DNA of 64,000 bases from Phyllosticta citribraziliensis (lineage: Eukaryota): contig NW_027117345.1 of NCBI RefSeq assembly GCF_038025025.1, positions 1,240,001 to 1,304,000 on the forward strand. The letters are read 5' to 3'. The notes beneath the pieces are model-generated. The model was not told the DNA's origin and did no database searches. It saw nothing but the letters and a program-made list of their open reading frames with translations. A program made the translations under genes and the position numbers. Position 1 is the first letter of the stretch; the number at the start of each line of letters is the position of its first letter. Positions 1 to 13,272 of this stretch are shown piece by piece.

Positions 1-2017
1 TACACTGCTATACGTTGTCCAGGCAAACCCTATTGTTGGGCAACAAAGTCAGCCTCAGCTACTGGTGGAAACCAAAACTCAAATCGTCTCCACCTACCAA
101 AGAGCGCGACTGGCACCACGATCGCTCCAAAAATTGTCGGGGGTAAACGGTACTCGGGCTCAGATCCACCTGGCTCGCCCCCTTGCTCCTCTCGTTGGCG
201 CACGAGCCGCGCGTAGTTCCTTCTCCACAGGGGGTCGCTCATTATGCCTAGTATCATGCCGACAAACAAGCCCAGGAACGCCAGGCCCACCTGCGACAGG
301 GAGAAGCCGTGGTTGTTCTCGAAGACCAGGGGGAATGCTCCGAAAAAGAGATACAGGATGCCTAGCAGGATCGCGGAGAGAATGTCTAAGCTCAGACACT
401 GCGAATAGCATCAGTCAGCCTGGGCTTGTATAAGCGAGCGCAGAAAGTGGCTTGTCACCCACCATGGGTTCGAAGATAAGGAGCTGGAAGGGTCTAATGC
501 AAGACCACAGCACCGTCTTTGGAATTGATTTGTCCATTTGCTCAATCGGAGCGATCCAAGCGTCATTACCCGTCTCTTGTCGGAGTTTACGAGCCTTGCG
601 GCGGAGCAACGCAGGGTGATACGTCTCGGGCACAAACAGTGTGATCAGGCACAACTGCACCCCGATCCAGATCAACATGACATAGAAGGTCCACCGGAAG
701 TTGCTGTACTGGTTGATGAATCCTCCAACCAGCGGTCCCAATTCAGGCCTTGAGCACATGTGTTAGCAACCAAACTCTCTCAGCCGCAATCTTTCCCCAA
801 GCCTCGACCGTCCGCCATTTGGGAGACGGCTGACCGAGCACTGACAAAACTTGGTCCCTCCCCTTGGCGTGACGGACTTGTACGTCGCAGCTTACAACCG
901 CAAGAGCGTCTCCACCTGCGGGGCTTGACCCTTTGCAGCAAGTCTTGCCAGGAGACCAGCCTCGTGGCCCAGCCCCCGCCGGCAACACTGATTGCTCAAG
1001 CCTCGCAGATCATGGGGAACACGTAGGGGTCCGGGGAGAATGCTTACCCAATGAATGGTGAGGCCGTGTAAATCATCATGGGCGCCGACAGCTCGTGCCT
1101 CGCAAAGCAATCGCCAACCGTCCCACCGGCTACCGATAGGAAGGCACTACCAGAGAATCCGTCCAGAAACCGCGATACCAATATAGTAGCCATGTTCGGG
1201 GCTACAGCGCTAGGAATGACCCATATTAAGAAGAAGGTATACGAGCCCAGATAGACCGCTCGTCGACCATAGAACTGACGCACTATTAGCAAATCGACGT
1301 CTTGACCGGAAGCAGGTGCGGCGGTCAGCGCGACTGCGTCGTCGTACGTACTTCAGATAGGGGGCTGAGGATCATGGGCCCTACACCAAGGCCGGCTACA
1401 AATAGTGACAGGCCTAGCGTGGCCACCTCGCGTGATGTGTGAAACCTTTGCTCGAGATGCTGGTAAGTGCTGGTGTATAGCGAAGACGTGGCCGCGCTGG
1501 AAACATGGTGGTTAGCCCGAGCTCGCTCACGTACACACAAACCACTGCAGCGATGGGTCTATTGGAATTTGGGATTATTTTTGGGGCGTCTGGCTGCGCT
1601 CAGGACTTGGCAGACAGCGCGCACTTACACGCAAAGCGAGCTGGTGGATACAATGATGACGATGAGCCATCTCCGGGCCATGCTCATGTTCCGCGGATTC
1701 TGCACCGTCTTCGAGGCTTCTGAGTTGGGGAGTGTGTCCCAGCCGACTTCAAACTCCTTTTCCGGGTCTCTGCGCGCACTCCGGCTTCTGCTTCTCGTTC
1801 CAGGGGCAGCTCCCTCCTCGTCCCAGTGTGTATATCCATCGCTTGCAGCATAGGAGCGATGCGACTGGACTGGGTGCAGACTGGCGCGGTCGTCTCTGTC
1901 CTCGGGCTTGATGGGCGCAAAGGTCGCATCGCTCTGGCCGCGCGGTGGGCGCTTCTCGTCGTCGATTGGCGAATGGGCGACGGAGCTCGAACTGCTCGAA
2001 GGGTCTGGTGACATCAT
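1..2017 (-). CDS. MFS drug:H+ antiporter (DHA1 family), 3' end runs off the window
   Basis: Exons 2017-1629, 1496-1352, 1274-1048, 748-463, 398-98, 29-1 joined by GT..AG introns with CTRAY branch sites. Motifs: NPRNMS..RRW, SPLSE|FYGRR (MFS motif A), RFLDGFSGSAFLSVAGGTVGD, GPELGPLVGGFI, PETYHP, PEYRLPP. Confidence 0.93.
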
Positions 2018-3845
2018 GAAGCAGCGGGTTTAAGGTTTCTTGGCGCTGACTGGTGGTGCGAAGTCAAAGATCCATCAACGGCGACGACAGCGAGCTTGAT
2101 TGTTGAAGCGCGAAAAAAAAGGCATGGCAGTTCGACAGACATGTCGTGACTGTTTGGATCGCGGGAAAAAGTGGCCGAGCGGAATTCGCCCTGCGACTGA
2201 CGTTTGCACGTTACAAAGCGGCAGCGGTTATTATTTCCTCCTTATCACCGAGAGGGGGGCCCACAATTGAGGCGACGAGTCCAGATGCGATCTGCCGCGG
2301 GGAATCACTTCTCTTTTTCCCAGCCCGCTCTGCCGTCCCTCCTCCATTCCACAACTCCACACTTCTGATGCCACCAAGACGTTTCTTGAACGTCAACGAC
2401 GCTTCTACAACGCTCAAGCTTTGCCAATCCCGTCTGTCGCGAGCATCTTCTGAACAAGCTTTTGGTTCAAGCTTCAGACTTTGGCCAGGGGTCCCCGACA
2501 CGGTCGATCAATTCGACGTCATGGCAGCTAAAATTTGACGTCTGGCCTTCTCTGCCATGCCTTTTTCTCAAGTTGCGAGTGGAAAAATGGCGGAAGGATG
2601 TCCACGCTGACATGGCATTTTGACAGCATGTCAGGGCGCGTTTGCGGTGCTTCGGCGTCAAATCAACGTCAAAAGATCAACGACGGCTCGGACTCGATGT
2701 TGACCCGTTGAACTTGGTCCCGCCGCTCTGGCGCGTCAATACTACATCCTTGTCCATGTTTTTGACGTCTTGAGCAGCTATCCAGCGGTGAACGCATCGC
2801 CCCTGAACGTACCTGGCAATTATTGACGTCGGCGATTCCGCTCCAAAGACTTTGCTCCGCAACCCGAGTTCTACCATTCCATCGGTACCTCCCTCGTTTC
2901 GAAACACGCGGTGAGCCTCTTGCACACCTGTCAAAAGCCCTCCCTGCGCCGCCTGAATATCTTCAGCAGCGCTTCGGACTTATTGGACCCTTGCATGCCC
3001 CGCCTGGCCAACACAGTTGCAGGCGAGTGGGTCATTATTGGAAAATGCAATGGGCGTATGTCGTCGACAAATTCAAAGAAAGCGCACGTTGTTAGGGAGC
3101 CAGAATTGGGGCGCACAAAACGTGCTACGGCATATGCCAGGCCCCACACCAACACCACGTTGGTTGCTCCAAGAAGCCGGCCAAGATAAGGAAACCGAGC
3201 TCAGAGACAATCGTATGCGTCGAACCTGAATAGTATACCGCTCTTCGGCAAACGGCTTGATTTAATCAAAATTCGACCCAAGACATGTTGAAGGATTTGA
3301 GAGGCGCTTGCAATGGCGGCAGCAGGCGCCATGTACTGTACAGCAGCACAGCGTTCGTGTTTCGTGTCTCCCCGCGGGCGCTGTTGATCATCTTCGCCTC
3401 CAGACTTGCGGCTCTCCATACGAGCGCATACCTACCCGTCGGCCACCGTTGCATGTCTTGCCCAAAGCAGAAAGCGGTGCAGTGTAAGGTTCAGCCCCAT
3501 CGAACGGCCAACAACGGTGCGGATACGAAGACGGGACCCGGCGCTCTGGAGCCGAAGCAGGCGACCTCCAATTTGATGTGACGCGCGGGTCCGTCGTCTG
3601 TTTTCTGGGTCCAAAGTCACTATCTACGTCGCTGCTTGCCCCTAACCACCAGAGAAAAAACGACAGGTCTCCCACTCCATTCCCTGGCGGACGCACGTGT
3701 TCAGTAAACCTGCACACACCTAAGCACAAGACAAGGCGGCGACGATCCCTCCGCCGCGAGCGCATTGCATGTACATACATGCCTTACACACCACCACAGA
3801 CTCTCTACCGCGACTAGTTCAACGCGCACGCTTCCGCCGCCCACG

Positions 3846-3881
3846 CCCTGCCATGCCCTGCCATGCCATGTCATGTCATGC
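3846..3881. repeat. Degenerate pentanucleotide tandem repeat (GCCCT/GCCAT/GTCAT)n
   Basis: gccctgccatgccctgccatgccatgtcatgtcatgc read directly. Confidence 0.7.
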
Positions 3882-6800
3882 ACTAGGCAGCCTGAGAGGG
3901 CTGATACGAAAGACGCGCCGCTCGATTCGTCACTGTCACCGACCTCAACCACCAACAAAACTCTCCTTTTCTCTGGCAACGCTCCCACACCGCGCTGCGC
4001 TGCCACTAGGCGCACTGCCGCCCGCCGTCATGACATCGACTTCTCCAGTCCCTGCACACTGAGATGCCTGAATCTGACCACCCACTCACCTGCATACCCG
4101 CTTCAACGGCGCGCCCGCGCATCCACTGATCGTCCACCTCCGCGCGCGCAGCGCCAGCTGGTCGGCCAGGAACGCACTGCCCTACCTGTCCTTCTACATG
4201 GCAACGTGCGTACAGGTCACGCTCTGAACGCCGCGCCGCCGTTGTGGTGGCTGACAGGCAGGCGAGCGCCTCAATCAAGCCCGCCGGCGAGCAAGCTCCG
4301 TCCAGATCAGATCAGCACTCACTCGGGCGCTCAGTGAATGCTTCTATTCGTCCGCGCCATGGCTCCAGGCATCCAGACATCAGACGTGCCTCCACCCGTC
4401 CGCTGGCCCGTAGGCAGGCAAAATGTGACGATCTATCCCTCTCCGTCAATCTTTACATCTGTCAAGCATGCATATACATACAGACAGTACAGCAAATCGA
4501 TACACGCGTACGCAACGGCGGCGAACAAGCAAAAAGCAGACACACAGGCAGATAGACGGGCGGTAAGCCCCTTTGCTGCGCCGAATATCGGACCAGCGCG
4601 CCACCCGTCGAACGAAAAAAATGTGCGAATGGCGAGTGTCTGCGCGCGCGATGACCAGATCAACCCTTCCAACCCCCGAATCGTCCCATCTCGTCTGATG
4701 ACTGCGAATCAGAATCATTCGAGACGATCCTCCACTGCTCTGCGCTGCGCTCGCGCTGAAACTGAAGCTGGCCGCTCACAGTCATGGCGCCACGAGTGAG
4801 CGAGCGAGAGTCCGCACGTGGTAGGATTCTATGCTACCCCTATCTCATGGTCCCCTTCCTTCCACACTATCCGCTCACCAGTTGGCGGAAGCGCATCGTC
4901 TCCTCCCCCAGCAAGCCATCGACCGACGCTCAGAGTGGAATTCTACCAATACCTTCACCTGGGGCGAATAACTCAGTCGCTGCGTCCCCGCTTCCCCATT
5001 TCTGGTCCCTGTCGTCATCGCGTAGGCTTTTGCCACTGCATTGTTGCACCAAATTTCCCATGCGGGCCACCGCCTGTTTTGTCGAGGATACATTGGCGTA
5101 TACTGTTTCGAGGACTGATTGCTGACCGTCGAGTGCATGTAGCCGTGATTGAAACTACATCACTAATTTCTTGCGGGCGGCCACGGGCGATGCTTAGCGC
5201 CGTGGCATCTTTGAAGTTGGGAGACGTGGCGGTCGTCTCCAAGTCTTTTGCTCAATGATGGTGACAATCTGCCACGCTCAGTGATTGACGTGCCAATGCA
5301 CTGCACGAAAGTAGCGCAGGGTCATGAGCCACCATTGTTGAAGAGTGGGCTGATGGGTCTGTGAAAGCAGGAACGTAGAAGGAAGGACTGCGCAGTGGGT
5401 GTCTGTCATGAGAAATAAAACCTTCTGGTGCTGCTGCTACATCTATGGAGCGTTCTTTTACTCCTGCGGATGGAGCCAGGGAGTGGTGGTTTACTGCTCT
5501 TGTTTCTCCTAGGGACTTTTGTCCACTATGGCAGCAGGACCTGGGGAGTAACATTTTTTGAAACCCAGTGGGAGATACTCCAGAAGCAAATGCCTCTCCT
5601 CTGGTCCATTTGTCTGCAGCAACGAGGTCGGCGGAGCACAAGGCCATCGTAGGCAGGTCTTTGGTAGTATGTATCTCCTGCACAGGACTCTACAACCGTA
5701 TCCCTCGACCCCCGTTTGTGCCTTTGAGTAGAGCCCAAACAAAAAGGCGCCGCAATGCAATGTGTTGCGGTCCCCTCAGAGGCGACTGCTCCGATATTAC
5801 TTGAATGGTACGTGGATAATCTCTGATTGCAAAAAAATCTCCTTTGCATCGCGATATACCAAGCCGTTTTCAAGCGACGCCCAGTCAAGGCTTGCTGAGA
5901 CGAATGAGATGAGATGATAGAGAGATAGGCGAGACACAAGCTGCGCAACCTCGAATGAAGACGAAAGACGAGATTCACCCTATATGTTTCCCCCATTTGT
6001 CTGCAGTTTTGAGTCTGTAGCCGGGCCTGTGGTGGGCGTCGCCTTTTGCGCCGATGTCAGGGAGAGGATGAAGTGACAAGTGCGCATTCTTCGACGACAG
6101 GAACTGGCAAGCCATCCGACCACTGCCGCTTGCAAAGGGGATACCTGGCCATGGTTTCTATTCCTGTAGGCGCCGGCGGTTGGAGAGGCACGCGGCTGCA
6201 GAAGCTTCGGCGTCCGCCCCTTTCTCCATGTAGTCGTTGTTTTGGGTTGGCAGCCGGGTCCCTTGGCCGAGACTTAGCGACCTGGAGACTTGGATGTCCA
6301 TGAGCACTTGGTCCAAAGCTAGTGGCAGTGATGGTCGTTGGGCACATGATGTTGACAAGGATTGGTTGTTCTTCCTTGGGGGTTCAAGAAGCGCCCTATC
6401 CTGTGGCCCATTTTTTGCGCCGAGGGTTGCAGCAATGTCTAGGGGTTTCGACGATCGAAAGCCAAGATTCAACGAGCCTCGTGAAAGGTGATTGGCCTCG
6501 TTGCTGCGCGAATACGCAAATTGAGGTCCCGAAGCTAGAGTCGCTGCCCGTCCAGCAAGCGCGTCAGCTGGGTGCGTGGGCGATGCGCAACTTCACTCTC
6601 GACGGCGCTTACGCGTCCCATTGTGCGATGCTTTCGGCTCTTCGAATCTCCGATCGCATGCAACTAGATCTTGATTTTTTTCTCCGCAAAAAGGTTGGGG
6701 AGCCGGGAACTTTTCTAAAAATCAAAAATCTGGTTGATGAAACGGCGGTCCCAGGTGTGTCGCTTGCGTCCAAACGGAACTGTCGTTTCACCACAAATAG

Positions 6801-8876
6801 AAAGCGAAGAAACGAAACACAAAACTTCCGTGAGTGATGGGACAATCAAGATGGGCGATGAGAATCACTCTCGGCTGCAAGTTCTGTGGTCAACGTTCAA
6901 GCAGTGTGGAGACCCTCCCCACGGTTCGAAGGCGGAGACCATCTGTTGATTTTAATTTTTTTCTTCCATTTTTTCTTCAAGCAAATAAGCAGGGTGCTGG
7001 TCAGTTGAAAGTCTCCTTTGCAGAGCTGTCGTCGGCTTGCGGTCGACTGAGACTGGTACATGACTTTCTGTGTCCAGTCGGTGCCGTGAAGCCGCGGCTG
7101 ATACACAAATGCCAATACCTGGAAGAAATTTCGGTAGGGAGACAATAAAGCCCCCGAGCTCGGAATGACCATGTTATTCAAAGGGACAAGATACGATCCA
7201 GGGTCGAGGCATCAAGTCCAGGGCAAAGGGTCGCGAAGAAATGACATCGGTATAGAAGTTTGGCAGCAAAAGATGAACATACCACGCTGGAAAGGAAGCA
7301 GAGAAATGCGCAGATCGGGAAGGCTTGTCACTGAAGATTTTGATGGCATGTCTGGGGAGAAGATGGGGTTGGGTCTGAAGAGTTGAGGTGAGGACACAGA
7401 GGGAGCTGAGTCAGGAAGGCACTGTTTGCGTGATGGTGCCGGCGCCGGCAACACACCCGCCCGCCCGCTCATCGTCTTCCAATCCCACAACCCAAGCTTT
7501 TGAGGCTCCAAGCCAACCTTGAAACAACACCAACTGACGACTGCTTGGGCATCTCGGAGACTTACGTGGTCGACACCCATGCCCTTGGCTCAAACGCGCG
7601 CTCTCTTCGCTGGCAGCTCTAGCTGCTCAGGCCCGCAAACGACGCAACTGCGCCTCGCTTGCCGTCGTCTTTGCTGGCGGCTCCAACACCCTTCGGGTCG
7701 CGCTGTCCTCAACCCCAGAATTCGGCCACCAGCTTGCCAAGCTATCCCAAGATCGGCCGACAGTCGATCCGGGTAGCGTCCTGGCCCGACCCATATGCTT
7801 GTGCTGGAGCCACATCCCGGCACCTCCAACTACCAACCCCCACTAGCTCCACATGTTCTCTACGCGGTCTTTGACATCGGCCGCTCCCAGTGCAACTGGT
7901 CCCTTGAGATCTCCAAGCTCTCTGAGCGTGCTAACCTCCAATCATGTAGGATAGTTTGAACATTCATGACCGGCTCGCTAGACACAGCTCCTTCGGATCG
8001 AAACAAGACCACGGAAATCCCTATAGACTTCTTTCGAGTTCCTCTATGACAGTCCAGCACACGAGAAAACATGATGCTCCGAGCTGGGCCGCCGCCTGCC
8101 GCATTGGAAAAATTTTGAAACGGAACCAACCCCATTTCCATGCTCGCGCAACAAAAGGGTCGAGCAAGAACATGACCTGTACATGTCTTGCCGCCGTTCT
8201 CGCTCGACCAATAGCCTTCACGAGACAAGGATACCGGAACGTCTCCCTTGGGTGACTTGGGGCCTTCTTCGTAACCATGCCCCTTGCCGTCAACTTACCA
8301 GGGTACTTGCGCCATGCACGCTACAAGCTGGACTTTCCGGTCTGAGTACCTCAGGCAGTATCAAAAGTGTGCAATGAGACTCCTGGTCACATTGGGAGCT
8401 GGCAGCTATGTCCGAGTCTGCTTAAAGAATTACTCCCTTGTAATGAAAATTTTCTTTACTCAACCATTGTGTTGCAGAGTTCTGTCCCCCGCGACATTCT
8501 CCTTAGGTAAACAATCCGCCACTGACCAAGTCAATCTGCAACAAGTTGGGATCTATGCATGGGCAGTAGTCCAGCATCGGGCATGCTGGAAACGGCAAGG
8601 TCAACCTGAAATCAGGGCCAGCACCAGTCCGAACTTGCCGCTCATACCTAACCAGAGTACCCCAGATGAGAGACAGACGGCTCGTGACTTCCCCCGTATA
8701 TGTACTGGTAACTCCCGTCCCCCTATGGCTTTGGTGTATGTGAAACTGCAGCTCTGGCCCGTCACGACCGCAACTAAATGGTACACGTTCCTCACTGCTC
8801 TCCGGAGTGATTCCCTTTTTCCTCACCCTACGACAAAAACTTCTGGGCGGCTTTGCTGGACCGAACTACTGGCACA

Positions 8877-11410
8877 ATGGGGGACTCTCGTGGGGACCCT
8901 CAAAGCAAGCGGAGCTCTCGAGTTTTCCTCGTCCCCTCTCCCACTGAATCCGGTGGAGTATTGTACCGACCACTGAGTCCCACTGAGACGGATCCTGCTC
9001 TCTCCAGTCAAGACAACCTCGACGGCATCACTGCTTGTGAGGATGCAAGCCCCCGCCACTCTCAATATTCTTTGTCCTCCCTCGTCTCCCAACTGTATCT
9101 CCCTGAGCATCCAAGGCCGTCCCATGGCGCACACTCGCATCGGGGTTCCTACGTAGCACCGTCCACGCCACTATCCGATGGATCTACACAATGCTCCATC
9201 TCCAGTCCTTATTCGGAGGTAAAGATCCCGGTTACTCCTTTTGGAACCAGCAGGATGAAAAAATCGGCTGATCGATTCGCAGGTCCCCCTGAATGCTAAA
9301 CCAGACAACCGGGCCTCTGCCATTTCCATGGCAAGCAGCTTCGACTTCAAACTGCCCGAAACTGCGTACACCATCGAAAGAGTCCATGTCAAAGATGACG
9401 TCGACAGACTGCCGCGGTGGAAGTTTGTTCTGCACAAGACTTGCCCGCTTTTCACGGTTGGAGCAATCGCGACATACTTTCTGTACTTCTTGTTCCGATT
9501 TGCGTATACGCTCGAGGCTCAACAAAAGTTCGGGAGAGTCTACGTCATGGCGTGGTTTTTCATCGCTGCAGAAATCATGGTCATTGGTATGAACCGATTC
9601 TCAATCGCGGAGAAGTAGAAGGCTGACTTCACCGCAGTTCCGGGGATGTTCCATCACATTTACTCGCTCCTCTCTTTCAAGAATCGCAAGAGGCAAAAGC
9701 TTCGCTTGTATGGCGAGGCTGCACCGACCATTGATGTTATGATCACAACCTGCAAAGAAGACGTCGACGTCGTTCTCGACACGGTTCGTGCGGCTTGCAA
9801 CGTGGACTATCCGAGAGAGCGTTACCGCGTCGTAATTCTCGACGATGGGGGCGATCAGGAACTGAAAAAGGCCATTACTGAGATGGCCATGGACTATCCC
9901 AACGTGCACTACTTTGCGAGGGTCAAGACTCCTGGGGTCCCGCACCACGCTAAAGCGGGCAATCTCATTGCTGGAACAGAATTCGTCACCACCTTGCCCG
10001 GTGGTCCTGGTGAATTCATCGCCGCGTTGGATGCTGATATGATACCTGAGCCGGAATGGCTTCGTGCCCTGATTGGACATCTTCTCCTGGATCCGGACAT
10101 GGCTCTGGCTTGCCCGCCGCAAATGTTTTACAATGTCCCCTCCAGTGACCCTCTTGTGCAGTCTCTGGATGCCTTTATCCACGTCATGGAGGTCACAAAA
10201 GACACTTGTGGCGTTGCCTGGTGTACGGGCTCGGGCTACATCATTCGCCGGTCAGCGCTCGAACACATTGGCGGCTGGCCCACTGGAACTCTTGCCGAGG
10301 ATACCTTCACTTCCAGGTTTGTGGATTCTCAATCATTTCCAACCATGAGAGTTTTGCTAATGATGTAACAGTCTTCTCCTTGGCGCAGGCTTCAAAACCG
10401 CGTACGTCCACGAAGCTCTTCAGTGGGGCACGGTGCCAGACTCCTTTGTAGGCCACCTCAAGCAACGAACGCGCTGGACCCTGGGGACGCTCCAAAGCGC
10501 TATAAAACAGCGCTTCTGTTTGTATGGACCCCTCGTTAAGAAAATGACCGTCCTGCAGCGCGTCTCTGGCCTCATGTTTGGCGTGGATGCCTTTTCTAAA
10601 CTCTTCCTGATCGTCGCGCTCTTCACTATTCCAGTCGTTCTCATTTCAGGGGGAACGCTTGTGGCCTACACCAACGCGACGGAACTGCGCCGGCAGACAC
10701 AACTGGCCTTCATTGCGCTCATGTTCTCCCTTGTCCACGACTGGATCTACTTCCTGCCGTCCGGGTACCGACTGGCGCAGCGAGACTCGGCAGCGATGAT
10801 GTGGATGGCGCCATACCACGCCATCACGGTGTTCCGGAGCTTCATCCTGCCCAAGTGGCTGGGGGGCAAGCCGATGGCGTTTTCGTCGACGGGCAGCATC
10901 AAGGATGAGCTGAACGAGCGCGATCCGGTGCGGCGCGCGCCGCTTTGGCGGCGTCTCAAGGTCGTCGTCATCGACTCACATGCCTGGATCCACCTCTTGT
11001 ACGTCGCATTTCTGCTCGCGGCCGTCGGCGTCAGTACTGCGCGCGCCTTCACCCGCAACGGCGACAATTGGCACCACGCCCTCCTTTACCTGCTCACGCA
11101 TGCCTTCTTCCCGCCCATGCTGTGGGTCGTTACGCTCACAGCCTTCATGGTCCCGCTGTTGTACGCCATCTCCCCGCCCACGGTGCCCGACCGCGAGGAG
11201 CTGCTTGATCGCGATCCCAAGACCGGCGTCGCGCATCCCAAGGAGGAGCGTAAGAGGCAGAAGTGGGGCCGCGGCTCCATCTGGTACGAGGTGCTTTTCG
11301 GCGTCATTACGGTATACACGACAGCCGTCTTCTTGGGCAGTCTGTTCTTTGTCGACTGGAAGGTAGACTTTACATCTGTGGGCGATAATCTGGGGTTTGC
11401 GCCCAACTAG
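8877..11410 (+). CDS. Processive GT2 glycosyltransferase, cellulose-synthase-like (fungal CelA/Tft1-type), ~787 aa
   Basis: Exons 8877-9218, 9283-9586, 9638-10316, 10372-11410 (2364 nt). Complete D,D,D,QxxRW signature: VVILDDG, HHAKAGNL, ALDADM, PQMFYN, WCTGSG, TLAED, QRTRW. Two N-terminal and several C-terminal hydrophobic segments. Confidence 0.93.
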
Positions 11411-12477
11411 CGGCGGCAGAAATGGGAATGGCGAAGGGGCGAAGACAGACGAAGGCAAGACTACTACTGGAGATGGACGGATATGGTGCTGAGCTGTGTT
11501 GTCGTTGTCCACTTTCGAATAGCTGCGATTTTTTGCTCGTTCACAGGTCAGTCCCCTCTAATCGCCCATCTAACTAACACCTCTTGTACTCGACTCCCGC
11601 ACGGAACGCTGGCTTTCTTGGTTTTGCGCTCCCACATGATTTTTGTTGGTCCGTAGCTCAGACTGAACTGCAAGGAAGGAAGCGCAGCATCGAAACATCA
11701 AATCGGAGAGCTTTTGAACTGGAGTTTGCGTCAAGTCTTGTCCTCGTCCCTTGAGGTGATTTCCAAGGTCGAGATCTGTCTTCGCCTCTCAACTTTCTTG
11801 TGCCTCTCAAACTTGCTTTGTGTTGTTGCTCCATGATAATGTTCTTTGCATGATCTCGCCAGGGGTCTCTCTTCTTCGTCTCCCCCAGAAGAGTGTCATG
11901 TGGGAGCGCAAGTCAGGTACTTGAGAGCCGCATGGGTCTGTGTCCGAGGACACTAAGCGGTATCACATCATGCAAACAGGGGTCGGCGCGTGGGAACGAG
12001 TACGGTAAACCAGGGACGTGGGAGAGGCGACAGGGATGGGATGTGGAGAAGGTGAGGGGGCATGCGTGGGGGTTCGGGTGTGGGGATGTGGAGACGAGGT
12101 TGCGCGATGGAGAAGTATGTATGGCACTGGAGCACGAAAGAGAGACAGTACAATGAGGAAAGCGATTTCCGTCGGAAGGTAGAGCGGCATTGAGGAGCCG
12201 TGCAGGACGCTTGTTGCGGTAGAATCCGTCTATGCCTCGGATCCTTTGAAATATATGCCATTTTGGTATGTAATACAATGCTCGTCGTCCTGGGTGCTCT
12301 TTTGAGGTATACCAACCGTAAGGAGACATGTTTTGACCCCCAAGTTGTTGGTGTGGGTATGCAGATGTAGACTTGGCTGCTTGGTGATGCGGTCAAGTGG
12401 CTTTCTGTGCCACTGTTCGATGTGAAAGCCATGAACGCCCGTGATGCCGCTGAAAACAAATCATGGTGTTTCGAGGT

Positions 12478-13272
12478 TCAAGGGCCTCTGAATCTCCAGT
12501 CGTCAAAATCATCAAAGTCGTCTTCCTCATCGTCCTCATCTTCGTCTTCTTCGTCTTTCTGGTTGGCAGGATCAGGTTCTACTGCAGCGCGCGTAGCATC
12601 ATCGCTACCTTGTTCCGTTGTGCGTCGCAAAGCCTCTCGCTGTTCCCGCAGCTTTCGAACCCTTTGCTCCAACTCGTCCATCTCGTCAAACTCTTCCTCG
12701 AGGTGTCGTATGGCGTCTTCTTTTTCGGCTTCCAGCTCTTCTTCCCGCTTGCTTCGCTGTTTACTTTGGTCCTGTCTCGCCTGTGCTGCTAGCTCCTCGG
12801 CCGTCATGGGTTTGGCCTCGATGGTGGCTGCAGCGTTGATAGCGGCCAGTCGCGAGCGTTCTGGCGGAGGTGAAGTGGCGACTTCGCGCTCGAATGCGGC
12901 CCACTCATCCTCGTCAATCTCTGCTGAAGCCGTTGGTTGTGCGTCTTGAGTGGGAGGCTGAGGTGCGGCCGTATTTGGTGCTGGTTGAGATGGAGCAGCT
13001 GGCTCGTTGGCTTCGACGGCGAGGTCCTGCTCGGCTGATACATCGTGCCTGCTCACGCCATCATCGAAGAATCCCTGTGGGAGCACTTCGGATGTCGGAC
13101 CCTTTGCCCGCTTTCGGGCGGCTTCTTCGATTTGGTCGTCGGCGGGCTCGGGTTTGCGCTTCTTGCTAGCGGCGGAAGCTGGCGGAGGGGCTGTCTTTGC
13201 GGGTTTGCGAGTTTGTTGAGGCTGGGAGCGAGCAGCGCGCTCTGCGCGGAGCAAGGATCGGACGTCTGCCAT
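12478..13272 (-). CDS. ZNF830/CCDC16-like nuclear coiled-coil protein, 264 aa
   Basis: Single exon. MADVRSLLR start, LPQGFFD, IDEDEWAAFEREVA, EEEFDEMDELEQRV..LR..RE coiled coil and acidic tail ending DDW resemble fungal ZNF830 homologues. Confidence 0.75.
   Translation of the reverse strand: MADVRSLLRAERAARSQPQQTRKPAKTAPPPASAASKKRKPEPADDQIEEAARKRAKGPTSEVLPQGFFDDGVSRHDVSAEQDLAVEANEPAAPSQPAPNTAAPQPPTQDAQPTASAEIDEDEWAAFEREVATSPPPERSRLAAINAAATIEAKPMTAEELAAQARQDQSKQRSKREEELEAEKEDAIRHLEEEFDEMDELEQRVRKLREQREALRRTTEQGSDDATRAAVEPDPANQKDEEDEDEDDEEDDFDDFDDWRFRGP

Noticed and set aside
1497..1628. Possible micro-exon or nested intron in MFS intron 1
   Set aside because: A single intron already restores the expected SSLCV-AATSSLY sequence, and the second intron would be only ~38 nt.
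8284..8976. 230-aa ORF upstream of GT2
   Set aside because: Non-ATG start, no motifs, overlaps the true GT2 first exon in another frame.
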